Assembly: GCA_039908535.1 (NCBI GenBank)
Contig: JAMOAW010000001.1
Location: 50,259 to 114,258, forward strand
Reading direction: 5' to 3'
DNA: 64,000 nt
Origin: Magnetococcus sp. DMHC-6
GTDB lineage: Bacteria; Pseudomonadota; Magnetococcia; Magnetococcales; JADFZT01
Of this stretch, positions 11,765 through 19,980 are shown one piece after another. Below the pieces are notes generated by a model. It saw nothing but the letters and a program-made list of their open reading frames with translations. It did not search any database and had not been told where the DNA came from. Position 1 is the stretch's first letter. Every line of letters starts with the position of its first letter. A program made the position numbers and the translations under genes.

Positions 11765-12198
11765 ACACCAGAGATTATTTACCACAATTTTTCGGTAACC
11801 GAGTGTACCAAAATTCGAACTTTCTATAAATCAGCCATACCGAGACTTTGCCGAAATTATAATTTTATATTTATTTACAATTATATAAGTTTTTTGCTAT
11901 TTTTTTCGGTTGGTGGAATTTTTAGAGTCGGTCTCGCAAATTTTCGCCAAATGATTCTTTTAAATGGTTTTTTTGGTTTTGTATTTGATTTTTTATTCCA
12001 ACTGTGCGTACAATTTAAAATCTTTTGAAACTAAAAATTTTGCTGTCGGTGAAGTCGAAATAAGAAATGACCTATAGACGACCTATAGACCTGTACGAAA
12101 GTAAGGGGAATTAAGTATGGTATCCCCAGAATTCTCAGTCCAAAATCTGGAAAAAGCGATTAGGTATCGTGTCCCCGGAATTCCCTAGGGGTGTTATT

Positions 12199-12618
12199 AT
12201 GTGTCTGCAATCTGATTTTTTGGATGCTCACGAGCGACACAGGCGTGATGCGGAATTTCTAAACCAAGCCCATCGCTGGGCGAATGCGGACCATCTCTAT
12301 GGCATTGCGGCTGAGTGCGGACTGAAGCACTTAATGATGGTTTTTGGCATGGAGGTCGATTCGTTGGGAAAACCGATAATCAGAGAAGATAGGATGCACG
12401 CTGACGGCATTTGGAAACGCTTCGAGAGTTATCGCTCCGGTTATCGTCAGGGAACAGGATATGCATTGCCTGCCGAGAATCCGTTCCATGATTGGAATAT
12501 TTCCGACCGCTATGCCCATCAATCCAACTTCAATCAGTCACGAACACAATCCCATCAAGCAGGTGTACAGATGGTTTGCGGACTGATCAAGAAAGCGCAG
12601 AAGGATGGGCTGATATGA
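12199..12618 (+). CDS. Small helical hypothetical protein, first gene of the three-gene operon (possibly HEPN-like)
   Basis: The ATG at 12199 lies inside the GTG-started ORF. The stop overlaps the next start (ATGA). The helix pattern FLDAHERHRRDAEFLNQA...YGIAAECGLKHLM recalls HEPN-type four-helix proteins, but I see no clear Rx4-6H motif. Confidence 0.55.
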   Translation: MCLQSDFLDAHERHRRDAEFLNQAHRWANADHLYGIAAECGLKHLMMVFGMEVDSLGKPIIREDRMHADGIWKRFESYRSGYRQGTGYALPAENPFHDWNISDRYAHQSNFNQSRTQSHQAGVQMVCGLIKKAQKDGLI

Positions 12619-13910
12619 CCACCTTCGACCAAATCGTGCCTATAGCCATTGAGGAGCTGAATGCCCATTCCGAACTGGTCGCTCAACTGGAATGGTTGCT
12701 GATCAACCGCGACCTCAACGGACGGGTGCGCTTCATCGTGTCGGACAGCATTCCCGCAAATAATGTGCAACACAAACAAATCAAGGATCTCTACCGATCC
12801 TTGGCTGAACGCATAGCACCTCATGCTTATCCGGTGGATACAGGCATTCTATTTGAGGCAGTGCGCGAGCATGCATACCAAAGTACTGCGGTTTTTGGTT
12901 TGGAGGGATTCGATAACGTATGGGTCATCGACCGTTTGGCAAGCGAATCGCGATGGGAGGCAATTAAAGAGGTTTCTCCCGATGCCCCCCGCATCGTGTT
13001 TTTTTCCATCAAAGGTGGAGTGGGACGATCGACAGCTTTGGCAGCCAGTGCCTGGGCGTTGGCCAAGCAGGGAAAGCGCGTGTTGGTTTTGGATCTGGAT
13101 CTGGAATCGCCGGGACTTTCAAGTGCCTTGTTACCATCTGAACGGCAGCCAAAGTACGGCATCACCGACTGGCTGGTGGAAGACTTGGTCGACAACGGCA
13201 ATGCGCTGATTGAGGATCTCTTTGCGACCAGCGATCTGCCGACGATTGCGGGTCAGATTTATCTCGTACCGGCACACGGCAGTGATCCTGGTGAATATGT
13301 GTCCAAGCTGGGTCGGGTGTGGATGCCGAGAACAAATGGTAGGACACCTCCAGAAGCGTGGTCGTTGCGCCTGAATCGTTTGGTAAATCACCTTGAATTG
13401 CGGATTCGCCCGGACGTGATTCTGATCGATTCTCGCGCAGGCATTGACGAGGTGGCAGCCGCATGCGTGACCGATTTGGGTGCGCACACAGTTTTGATGT
13501 TTGCAATTCAGGGCCAGCAAACCTGGACAGGGTACCGTGCGCTGTTTTCACATTGGCAGCAGCGTGGAGTCATCACTGAAATACGCAATCGCCTGCAGTT
13601 GGTTGCCGGACTCGTTCCGGATGACGAACGCAGGTTAGAATACTTAGCAGCGATTCGAGCAGATTCCTACCAGTTATTCGAGGATACCTACGACGCAGTT
13701 GAGCCGGGCGCAATCAGCGACTGGAGCTTTGAAGAAGTAGATGATAACGCCCCGCACTCTCCTTTGCCGATCCGCTGGAACCGTGGTTGGTATGGTTTGC
13801 TGAGCCTTCAACAACGTATGGTGTCGGTGGATGAGAACGAAGTGAGGGCGGTTTATGGGGGGCTTCTTGATTTTCTGGACCGCGCCCTGGTACAGGAGAA
13901 CCGGACATGA
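12615..13910 (+). CDS. ParA/MinD-superfamily ATPase with variant KGGVGR P-loop and a unique N-terminal domain
   Basis: The deviant Walker A is FFSIKGGVGRST, with Arg in place of the usual P-loop Lys. A' box VLVLDLDLESPG; Walker B DVILIDSRAGID. ATGA overlaps at both ends. Confidence 0.8.
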   Translation: MTTFDQIVPIAIEELNAHSELVAQLEWLLINRDLNGRVRFIVSDSIPANNVQHKQIKDLYRSLAERIAPHAYPVDTGILFEAVREHAYQSTAVFGLEGFDNVWVIDRLASESRWEAIKEVSPDAPRIVFFSIKGGVGRSTALAASAWALAKQGKRVLVLDLDLESPGLSSALLPSERQPKYGITDWLVEDLVDNGNALIEDLFATSDLPTIAGQIYLVPAHGSDPGEYVSKLGRVWMPRTNGRTPPEAWSLRLNRLVNHLELRIRPDVILIDSRAGIDEVAAACVTDLGAHTVLMFAIQGQQTWTGYRALFSHWQQRGVITEIRNRLQLVAGLVPDDERRLEYLAAIRADSYQLFEDTYDAVEPGAISDWSFEEVDDNAPHSPLPIRWNRGWYGLLSLQQRMVSVDENEVRAVYGGLLDFLDRALVQENRT

Positions 13911-15346
13911 CGAATCAGCAGTCTATTCGACAGGCCATTCTGGAGGCACCGTTTGAGTTGGACAACATGGGCGAAATCCCTCACTCTGGCACGCTCTGCA
14001 TTCCTCTTGCTCATCGCAAAGCACTCACTCGTGAAGCTGTACTCGTGATGGGCGCACGCGGAGTCGGCAAGTCGTTCTGGACGGCAGCTTTAAGCGATGA
14101 CGTGCTACGCCGTCAGATTGGTGAATCTGTACAAGAACTGGCTCACACAACAATTTATGTCGGACATGCTGCTAAATCGAGCATTAAGACCTATCCCGAC
14201 CGGGAGACACTCAAGACCCTTCTTGACAGTGGGCACGAACCCTATGTCGTTTGGCGTGCAGTGATGCTGCGGTGGTTGGCAGGAATCACAGGAAAAGAGG
14301 TTCCAACAGACTCCTGGAGTGCCACCGTGCAGTGGGTGACGCAGAATCCTGAGCCATTCGCGCAGATTGCCGAGACTGCCAATGCGCGGATGGCTAACGA
14401 TAATCAGTTTGGTCTCATCATTTTCGATGCCCTTGATCGCACGAGTCAAGACTGGAACACGATGAATCATATCGTGCGTGATTTGTTACGAATAACCTTG
14501 TGGTTGCGTGATTTTTCTCGACTACGTGCCAAAATCTTCTTGCGTCCAGATCAAATGGAGCGGACGGTCACTTCGTTTGTTGATGCGTCGAAAATCTTGG
14601 CTACACGCGCCGAGCTTACCTGGGAGCGACATGATTTGCACGCCATGCTGTGGAAGCGCCTCATCAATGCTACTGATCCGCATGGGAACTGCCTGCGTTC
14701 GGTAATGACGTCCATTCTGCCTTCCAGTGACGCATTACGTTCTGAAAACTCTATTTGGTTTTTGCCATCAGCATTAACTTCAGAGGCACCATACCAGCGC
14801 CGTTTATTTGAGGCACTCGCCGGGGATAAGATGGGCAAAGATGCTCGCCGAGGTGTGCCCTATGTGTGGAGTGTCAGTCATCTGGCAGATGGTCATGGTT
14901 GGACTTCGCCACGTTCTTTCCTTGCGGCTATCTCTGGTGCTGCGGAAGACAGCGTTCAGCGCTACGTTGATTATCCTTTGGCGCTGCATTATGAAAGTCT
15001 CAAACGTGGTATCCAGAAGGCGTCCAAAATCCGCGTTGCCCAAGTGGCGGAAGATGATCCTTGGGTGCCACAGGTCATGCAAGCACTAAGAGGGATAAAC
15101 GTCCCTTGTGATTACAAAGCGGTTAATTCCGCTTGGGAAAGCACATTTCCTGATGGGCCAAGCAGTATTCGATCAGATCACTTGCCCCCTCAGCATGTTG
15201 AAAGCTGGGACGGTGTGCGAAAAGATCTGGAACGCCTCGGAATTTTTGTGACCCGCAAAGACGGTCGCATTGACATGCCCGACCTCTATCGCGTTGGGTT
15301 TGGTTTGGGTCGCAGGGGAGGTGTGGCACCCAGGAAGTCAACATGA
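13907..15346 (+). CDS. P-loop NTPase (479 aa) with a long uncharacterised C-terminal region
   Basis: Walker A VLVMGARGVGKSFW, Walker B LIIFDALDR, followed by KIFLRPD. It is translationally coupled to the upstream gene. Confidence 0.8.
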   Translation: MTNQQSIRQAILEAPFELDNMGEIPHSGTLCIPLAHRKALTREAVLVMGARGVGKSFWTAALSDDVLRRQIGESVQELAHTTIYVGHAAKSSIKTYPDRETLKTLLDSGHEPYVVWRAVMLRWLAGITGKEVPTDSWSATVQWVTQNPEPFAQIAETANARMANDNQFGLIIFDALDRTSQDWNTMNHIVRDLLRITLWLRDFSRLRAKIFLRPDQMERTVTSFVDASKILATRAELTWERHDLHAMLWKRLINATDPHGNCLRSVMTSILPSSDALRSENSIWFLPSALTSEAPYQRRLFEALAGDKMGKDARRGVPYVWSVSHLADGHGWTSPRSFLAAISGAAEDSVQRYVDYPLALHYESLKRGIQKASKIRVAQVAEDDPWVPQVMQALRGINVPCDYKAVNSAWESTFPDGPSSIRSDHLPPQHVESWDGVRKDLERLGIFVTRKDGRIDMPDLYRVGFGLGRRGGVAPRKST

Positions 15347-15368
15347 TGAATATTCAAAAGGCCATTGG

Positions 15369-15460
15369 TTGTCCATACTGAAAATTCCATCCGCCCCAAA
15401 TTTAGCTCGATTCCCAGCATTTTTGGAGATAGGGAATTCGATTTTGCTGGACACCGAAGA
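15369..15460 (+). repeat. 92 bp imperfect direct repeat, copy B (partner at 9946-10037)
   Basis: See copy A. It lies 23 bp after the operon stop and directly abuts the repeat element at 15467. Confidence 0.7.
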
Positions 15461-15466
15461 ATATTT

Positions 15467-15625
15467 ATGTATCGGAAAAATAAAAATCAAGACCTTGGGG
15501 GGGGGGAGAACCGCCCCCCAATCCCCCCACCCTTTTCTTTTAATACTTAAAAAAAAGAGGGGGTCTGGGGGATTCATCCCCCAGGGTTTTGATTTTAACT
15601 TTTTTGCCCGCAGGGCACCATGTTC
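15467..15625 (+). repeat. Modular hairpin repeat, full-length
   Basis: Differs at about three positions from the copy at 47972-48129. Confidence 0.9.
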
Positions 15626-16439
15626 AAATTTTCTTTACCTGAGCCATTTTGTGCCTTTGCCAAAATCAAAAATTCTTATTTATTTACAATAATATACAAT
15701 TTTCATCGAGTATTACCGAAAACGAACTGTCGACATTGGAAAGAGAAAACAAGATATTCGTCGTAGTATATTGAAATAATTGTTAAAATTTATGGATACA
15801 GAAATATTAAAATGCAGAATTGGCGGCAAAACAGGGCCAATTGAGCGTGGGACGGCGATTCTCCTTATTTTTCGGTTGACCGAGAAATCATGTATCAATT
15901 CTTAAAAAAACGCATTCATGTTCATAGAAATTGTGTCTGCATTGAATCTGGAAATCTATTTCTTGCACAAGAAGGCTTCTTTGCATACCTTGTCAGTCAG
16001 AATGGTCCCCATTGGCCACCAGTCGTGGTACGTTTGCGTTTTGTGGTTCGGGTTATTAGCCTTGTACTGGAATTTTGCACGAGGAACGGAATTGGCTTGA
16101 TTTTTTTTGTTTGGACTGAGCGGCTTGGCGGATGGAGCTGAATGGTCGTAGAAGAGGAAAAAATCAGGAAGCTTGCAAGATAACTTGAAAAAAATCGGGG
16201 ACGAATTCATTATGAAACCGACTGTGAGGATGGTTATCCGATTTAGATTTGTCTGTCACACTTGGATGAAACGATCTGGGACGTGGTGGGTGAAAGAGTC
16301 CGGCACCAGTATGCTCAGGGTTTGATACACAGTGGCCAATGGGGGCTAAAAGCGGGTTTTCAACCATTATGTAGCGCAGTCACGCCAGCCTTGTTTAAGG
16401 CTCGTTGGCAAATAGGAAATGCTCCTAGCGGAGGTATTT

Positions 16440-17462
16440 ATGCTTGGATTTCGTTTTATCAAGACTCAGCCTACTCAGTATGTCATAGAATTTCATCGTG
16501 GAAAACCACGTCGTGAGGGAGCAGGACTCTCCCTGTTTTATTTCGCCCCTTTTGTCTCTGTTGTTGTAGTTCCCACTGGAAGTGTCAATTTTCCCTTTAT
16601 ATTCGAGCAGACAACTTCTGATTTTCAAGAAGTTACCCTTCAGGGGCAAATTACCTACCGCATCACTGATCCTAAAAAAATTGCCGTCCTTTTAGATTTT
16701 TCCATTAATCACCAAGGTCGTCATATCTCTGATGACCCTCAAAAACTTTCTCAGCGTCTGATTGATCAAGCGCGAGTGGCCTTGATCTCTGAAGTGGGGG
16801 CTATGACTCTGAAAGAGGCATTGGCCCAGAGCAACCGTTTGGTTACCCGGGTTGTAGAGACGTTGCGGAACGAATCATCTGTCGTTGCTTTAGGAGTCGA
16901 GATTCTCGGTTTTTTTATCCTAGCGATCAAACCGAATCCAGAAACGGCTCGAGCTTTGGAAGCAGAAATGCGGGAAGATCTGCTGCGTTGCGCTGATGAA
17001 GCGATCTATACCCGACGCAACGCTGCCGTTGAACAGGAACGAATCATTCGTCAAAACGAACTGGATACCGAAATTGCTGTGGAAAACAAGCGTCGCCAAG
17101 TTCGAGAGGTTCAAATGGAGGCCGACCGTTCGATTCGTGAAAAACAGCGGGTAATTGCTCATGAGGAAATGAAAGGTAATATTTTTTTAGAGGAATTGCG
17201 TCACCAATGGATGGAACTCTCATCTGTGAATGCAAGACAAAAATCTGATGACCATGCCTATGCCATTGACGTCGTGTTGAAGGCTTTTAAGGGGAGTGAT
17301 TCAAAGGTGTTGCAGGCCCTCGCTAGCGTTGGAATGAATCCTGGTCAGTTGATGGCCGTGGCATTTCGTGAAATGGCTGAAAATGCTTCAAAAATTGGTC
17401 AACTTAATATTTCTTCTGAATTGCTTAGTGAGATTATGGGATCTCTGGAGATCAAAAAATAG
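16440..17462 (+). CDS. SPFH/band-7 (prohibitin/flotillin-like) domain protein
   Basis: GGAGG sits 5 nt before the ATG at 16440. SPFH-like core (QEVTLQGQITYRITDP...), then a coiled-coil EA-rich segment (ARALEAEMRE...ERIIRQNELDTEIAVENKRR). Confidence 0.8.
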   Translation: MLGFRFIKTQPTQYVIEFHRGKPRREGAGLSLFYFAPFVSVVVVPTGSVNFPFIFEQTTSDFQEVTLQGQITYRITDPKKIAVLLDFSINHQGRHISDDPQKLSQRLIDQARVALISEVGAMTLKEALAQSNRLVTRVVETLRNESSVVALGVEILGFFILAIKPNPETARALEAEMREDLLRCADEAIYTRRNAAVEQERIIRQNELDTEIAVENKRRQVREVQMEADRSIREKQRVIAHEEMKGNIFLEELRHQWMELSSVNARQKSDDHAYAIDVVLKAFKGSDSKVLQALASVGMNPGQLMAVAFREMAENASKIGQLNISSELLSEIMGSLEIKK

Positions 17463-17463
17463 C

Positions 17464-18417
17464 ATGGTCGACCCATACTTTAGAAAGATTGTCCTGGTGG
17501 TCCGTACTACTCGTTTGGATGAGTTGATTGCACGTTTTAATACCTTGGATCAAGCACGTTTCTATGTTGAGCATTTAGGAGCTGATTTTTCAGATTATTT
17601 GGCTGAACATCGGAATTACCAGGAGGCAGTTGTAAAAATAAGTGCGTTTTTAAAAGAATTTGGCATTTTGCAATATTTAGATCGTCGTTTTTTGCCAAAT
17701 TTTATTTTTGGTTCTGACGATAGAGTGGTTGTTTTAGGGCAGGATGGACTTGTAGCAAATACTTTAAAATACCTCGAAGGACAAAGAGTAATAGGGGTGA
17801 ATCCAGATCCTTCTCGTTGGGATGGAGCTCTACTTCCGTTCACAATTGGCGATATTTTGCGCATTTTTCCAGAGGAAATGGCTAACAAAAGACCAGTTAA
17901 GGAGGTCAGTATGGCCTGGGCTAAACTAAACACCGGACAGGAGTTGTTGGCGGTTAATGATTTTTTTATTGGGAAAAAGTCTCATACATCGGCTCGTTAT
18001 TTATTGGATACTGGAGAGCAGCAGGAGTCACAATCTTCTAGTGGGGTGATCATTTCCACCGGACTTGGCTCGACAGGTTGGCTGAAGAGTATTTATGCAG
18101 GATGGAAGGCAACGACTCAGGTTTTATTAGGGGACAATGCCGAGGAACTTCTTCTTGAACCTGTTGATAAAGGAGCTTTTCCATGGGAGTCTGAACACTT
18201 GCATTGGTATGTGCGAGAACCTTTCCCCAGCCAAACGACGGGAACCGGGTTAGTGATTGGACGGATCGAAAAAGGCAAAAATTTACGTTTGATTTCGCAG
18301 ATGGCGGAAGATGGAGTCATTTTCAGCGATGGCATCGAAGAAGATTACATTTCCTTTAATAGCGGCACGGAGGTAATCATCTCTTTGGCTAGAAAACGAG
18401 GATATTTGGTGGTTTAA
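17464..18417 (+). CDS. NAD kinase-family (ATP-NAD/diacylglycerol-kinase fold) protein, divergent
   Basis: VVVLGQDGLVAN corresponds to the GGDGT motif, VIGVNPDP to the GIN motif, and SSGVIISTGLGSTGW to the DG-STPTGSTAY motif. The start is 1 nt after the SPFH stop. Confidence 0.75.
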   Translation: MVDPYFRKIVLVVRTTRLDELIARFNTLDQARFYVEHLGADFSDYLAEHRNYQEAVVKISAFLKEFGILQYLDRRFLPNFIFGSDDRVVVLGQDGLVANTLKYLEGQRVIGVNPDPSRWDGALLPFTIGDILRIFPEEMANKRPVKEVSMAWAKLNTGQELLAVNDFFIGKKSHTSARYLLDTGEQQESQSSSGVIISTGLGSTGWLKSIYAGWKATTQVLLGDNAEELLLEPVDKGAFPWESEHLHWYVREPFPSQTTGTGLVIGRIEKGKNLRLISQMAEDGVIFSDGIEEDYISFNSGTEVIISLARKRGYLVV

Positions 18418-18633
18418 ATTTTGATTTTTTTTTGGTGATCAATCTGAATAGAATGAATTGTAACTGCATTCAGCATGAGATGTGGGGTTTGTCATTCCCG
18501 CGAAAATGGCAATCTACTTTTTGAAGGGAGCTATCAGGATTACCAATTTTGCGGGAATAATGCTTGGAAAAGAGTCTCAAATTGGTTTCTGTTCAATATA
18601 TTATTATGTATTATTTTATTATCTTCTGAGCAT

Positions 18634-19698
18634 ATGACAATAAATAATCAAAAAGCCATTCGGGGAGCCTTGTTGGGTACGGCTTTGGGGGATGCGGTCG
18701 GACTTGTCACAGAGGGTTTATCTCGTCGTCGATTGGCGCGTCTTTACCCTGGTCCATTGGGACCAGCATTATGGTTTCGATTTGGGATGATGTCAGATGA
18801 TGGTGAACATGCATGTATGACAGCGCAGGCACTAATTGTGGCATCTGGAGACACACAGCGTTTTATCCATAGTCTGGCTTGGCGGTTACGGTTTTGGCTG
18901 TTGGGGTTCCCTGCTGGAGTTGGATTGGCAACAGGTCGTGCCATATTAAAGCTCTGGATTGGATTTTCGCCTCATAAAAGCGGTGTTTTTTCTGCTGGTA
19001 ATGGTCCAGCAATGCGAGCTCCAATCATTGGTGCTGCTTGGAGCGATCATTTGGCAACTATGAAAAAAATGGTCGTTGCTTCCACCCGTTTGACCCATAC
19101 AGATCCCAAGGCAGAGTGGGGAGCCTTGGCTGTTGCATTGGCTGCAGCGTTTTCTGCTCGGGGTGAGAGGGTAACTCCACAACAATTTGTGCAAGAATTG
19201 ACATCTCTATTGGATAAATCAGCAGTTGAATTTGTGAGTCTCATAGAACAAACCGTTGCGAGTCTCCTTAAGGGTGAAACGGCCTTTCAATTTGCCGACA
19301 ACCTTGGACTTTCTACAGGAATTGGTGGATATGTATTTCATACGGTTCCTATTGTGCTGCATATTTGGATGCGTTCTCCAGCTTCCTTTGAGGATGCTTT
19401 AAATGAAGTGATTCGTTTAGGAGGGGATACCGATACAACAGCAGCGATATTGGGTGGTATTTTGGGAGCCGGAATGGACTTGGAAGAGTTTCCAAAACAT
19501 TGGGTATTACGTTTAGTAGATTGGCCTCGTTCTAGACACTGGATGATTTCTTTAGCGGATCGCTTGGCGCGAGTTCATCAAACGGGAATTCCTATGAATG
19601 CGCTTCCTTTGTTTTGGCCCTTATTGCCTTTACGCAATTTGGTATTTTTGACTGTGGTACTTTTACATGGTGTCCGTCGTCTATTCCCGCCTTGGTAG
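18634..19698 (+). CDS. ADP-ribosylglycohydrolase family protein with a hydrophobic C-terminal tail
   Basis: N-terminal GALLGTALGDAVG and C-terminal GGDTDTTAAILGGILGA metal-site motifs. The tail is PLFWPLLPLRNLVFLTVVLLHG. Confidence 0.8.
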   Translation: MTINNQKAIRGALLGTALGDAVGLVTEGLSRRRLARLYPGPLGPALWFRFGMMSDDGEHACMTAQALIVASGDTQRFIHSLAWRLRFWLLGFPAGVGLATGRAILKLWIGFSPHKSGVFSAGNGPAMRAPIIGAAWSDHLATMKKMVVASTRLTHTDPKAEWGALAVALAAAFSARGERVTPQQFVQELTSLLDKSAVEFVSLIEQTVASLLKGETAFQFADNLGLSTGIGGYVFHTVPIVLHIWMRSPASFEDALNEVIRLGGDTDTTAAILGGILGAGMDLEEFPKHWVLRLVDWPRSRHWMISLADRLARVHQTGIPMNALPLFWPLLPLRNLVFLTVVLLHGVRRLFPPW

Positions 19699-19980
19699 AT
19701 TTTTTGTAAGCGATCACGGGGTGTGAATGCAATTTACCCGCCTTGACACGATTAATGCAACAATGATAATGACTTTCCGGAAAAGCAACCCTTTTTTTCA
19801 CAACGGATCGTCATGGTAATCCATTCATCCTCTGACGCAACCAAATGGCTCGACAAGTTTCCCTTTTCGAAAGATGACTGGGAGAGATCCTCAACGCCTT
19901 GTTGAAGTGGACCCCGTTGTCAAGACAATTTTTAAACATCCATAAGCTCTTATACCCAAGTTCTTTCTATTCATGGCATC

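Noticed and set aside
11675-12028. 117 aa ORF downstream of the Rpn-like gene
   Set aside because: It lies in very AT-rich, low-complexity sequence (F/I/N/Y-rich) and partly overlaps the non-coding shared 3' module. It has no RBS and no recognisable family. It is probably non-coding spacer.
12492-12614. Upstream extension of the KGGVGR ATPase ORF (the track starts it at 12492)
   Set aside because: The extension overlaps gene 1 in another frame for about 120 nt. The ATG at 12615 gives a classic ATGA stop-start overlap, so the shorter model is preferred.
13131-13551. Long antisense or alternative-frame ORFs inside large genes, e.g. 12827-13201, 13131-13551, 14105-14470, 6726-7121, 25008-25472, 21038-22119, 56694-57698
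   Set aside because: They are embedded in better-supported genes with clear motifs on the other strand or frame. Their R/P/S-rich translations are typical of out-of-frame reading of GC-richer coding DNA.
11868-15705. Shared AT-rich strings flanking the three-gene operon (ATTTATTTACAAT.ATAT at about 11870 and about 15686; TTTTTCGGT..ACCGAG at about 11787 and about 15868)
   Set aside because: The matches are only 13-16 nt in AT-rich DNA, and the motif order differs on the two sides. Dozens of 13-mer coincidences are expected by chance in 64 kb, so I do not treat them as element termini.
18488-18510. GTCATTCCCGCGAAAATGGCAATC, and a related CATTCCCGCGAAAGCAGAAATGAC at about 35233, resembling half of a REP-type palindrome known from other bacteria
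   Set aside because: There are only two partial copies, neither forming the full palindrome. That is insufficient to call a repeat family.
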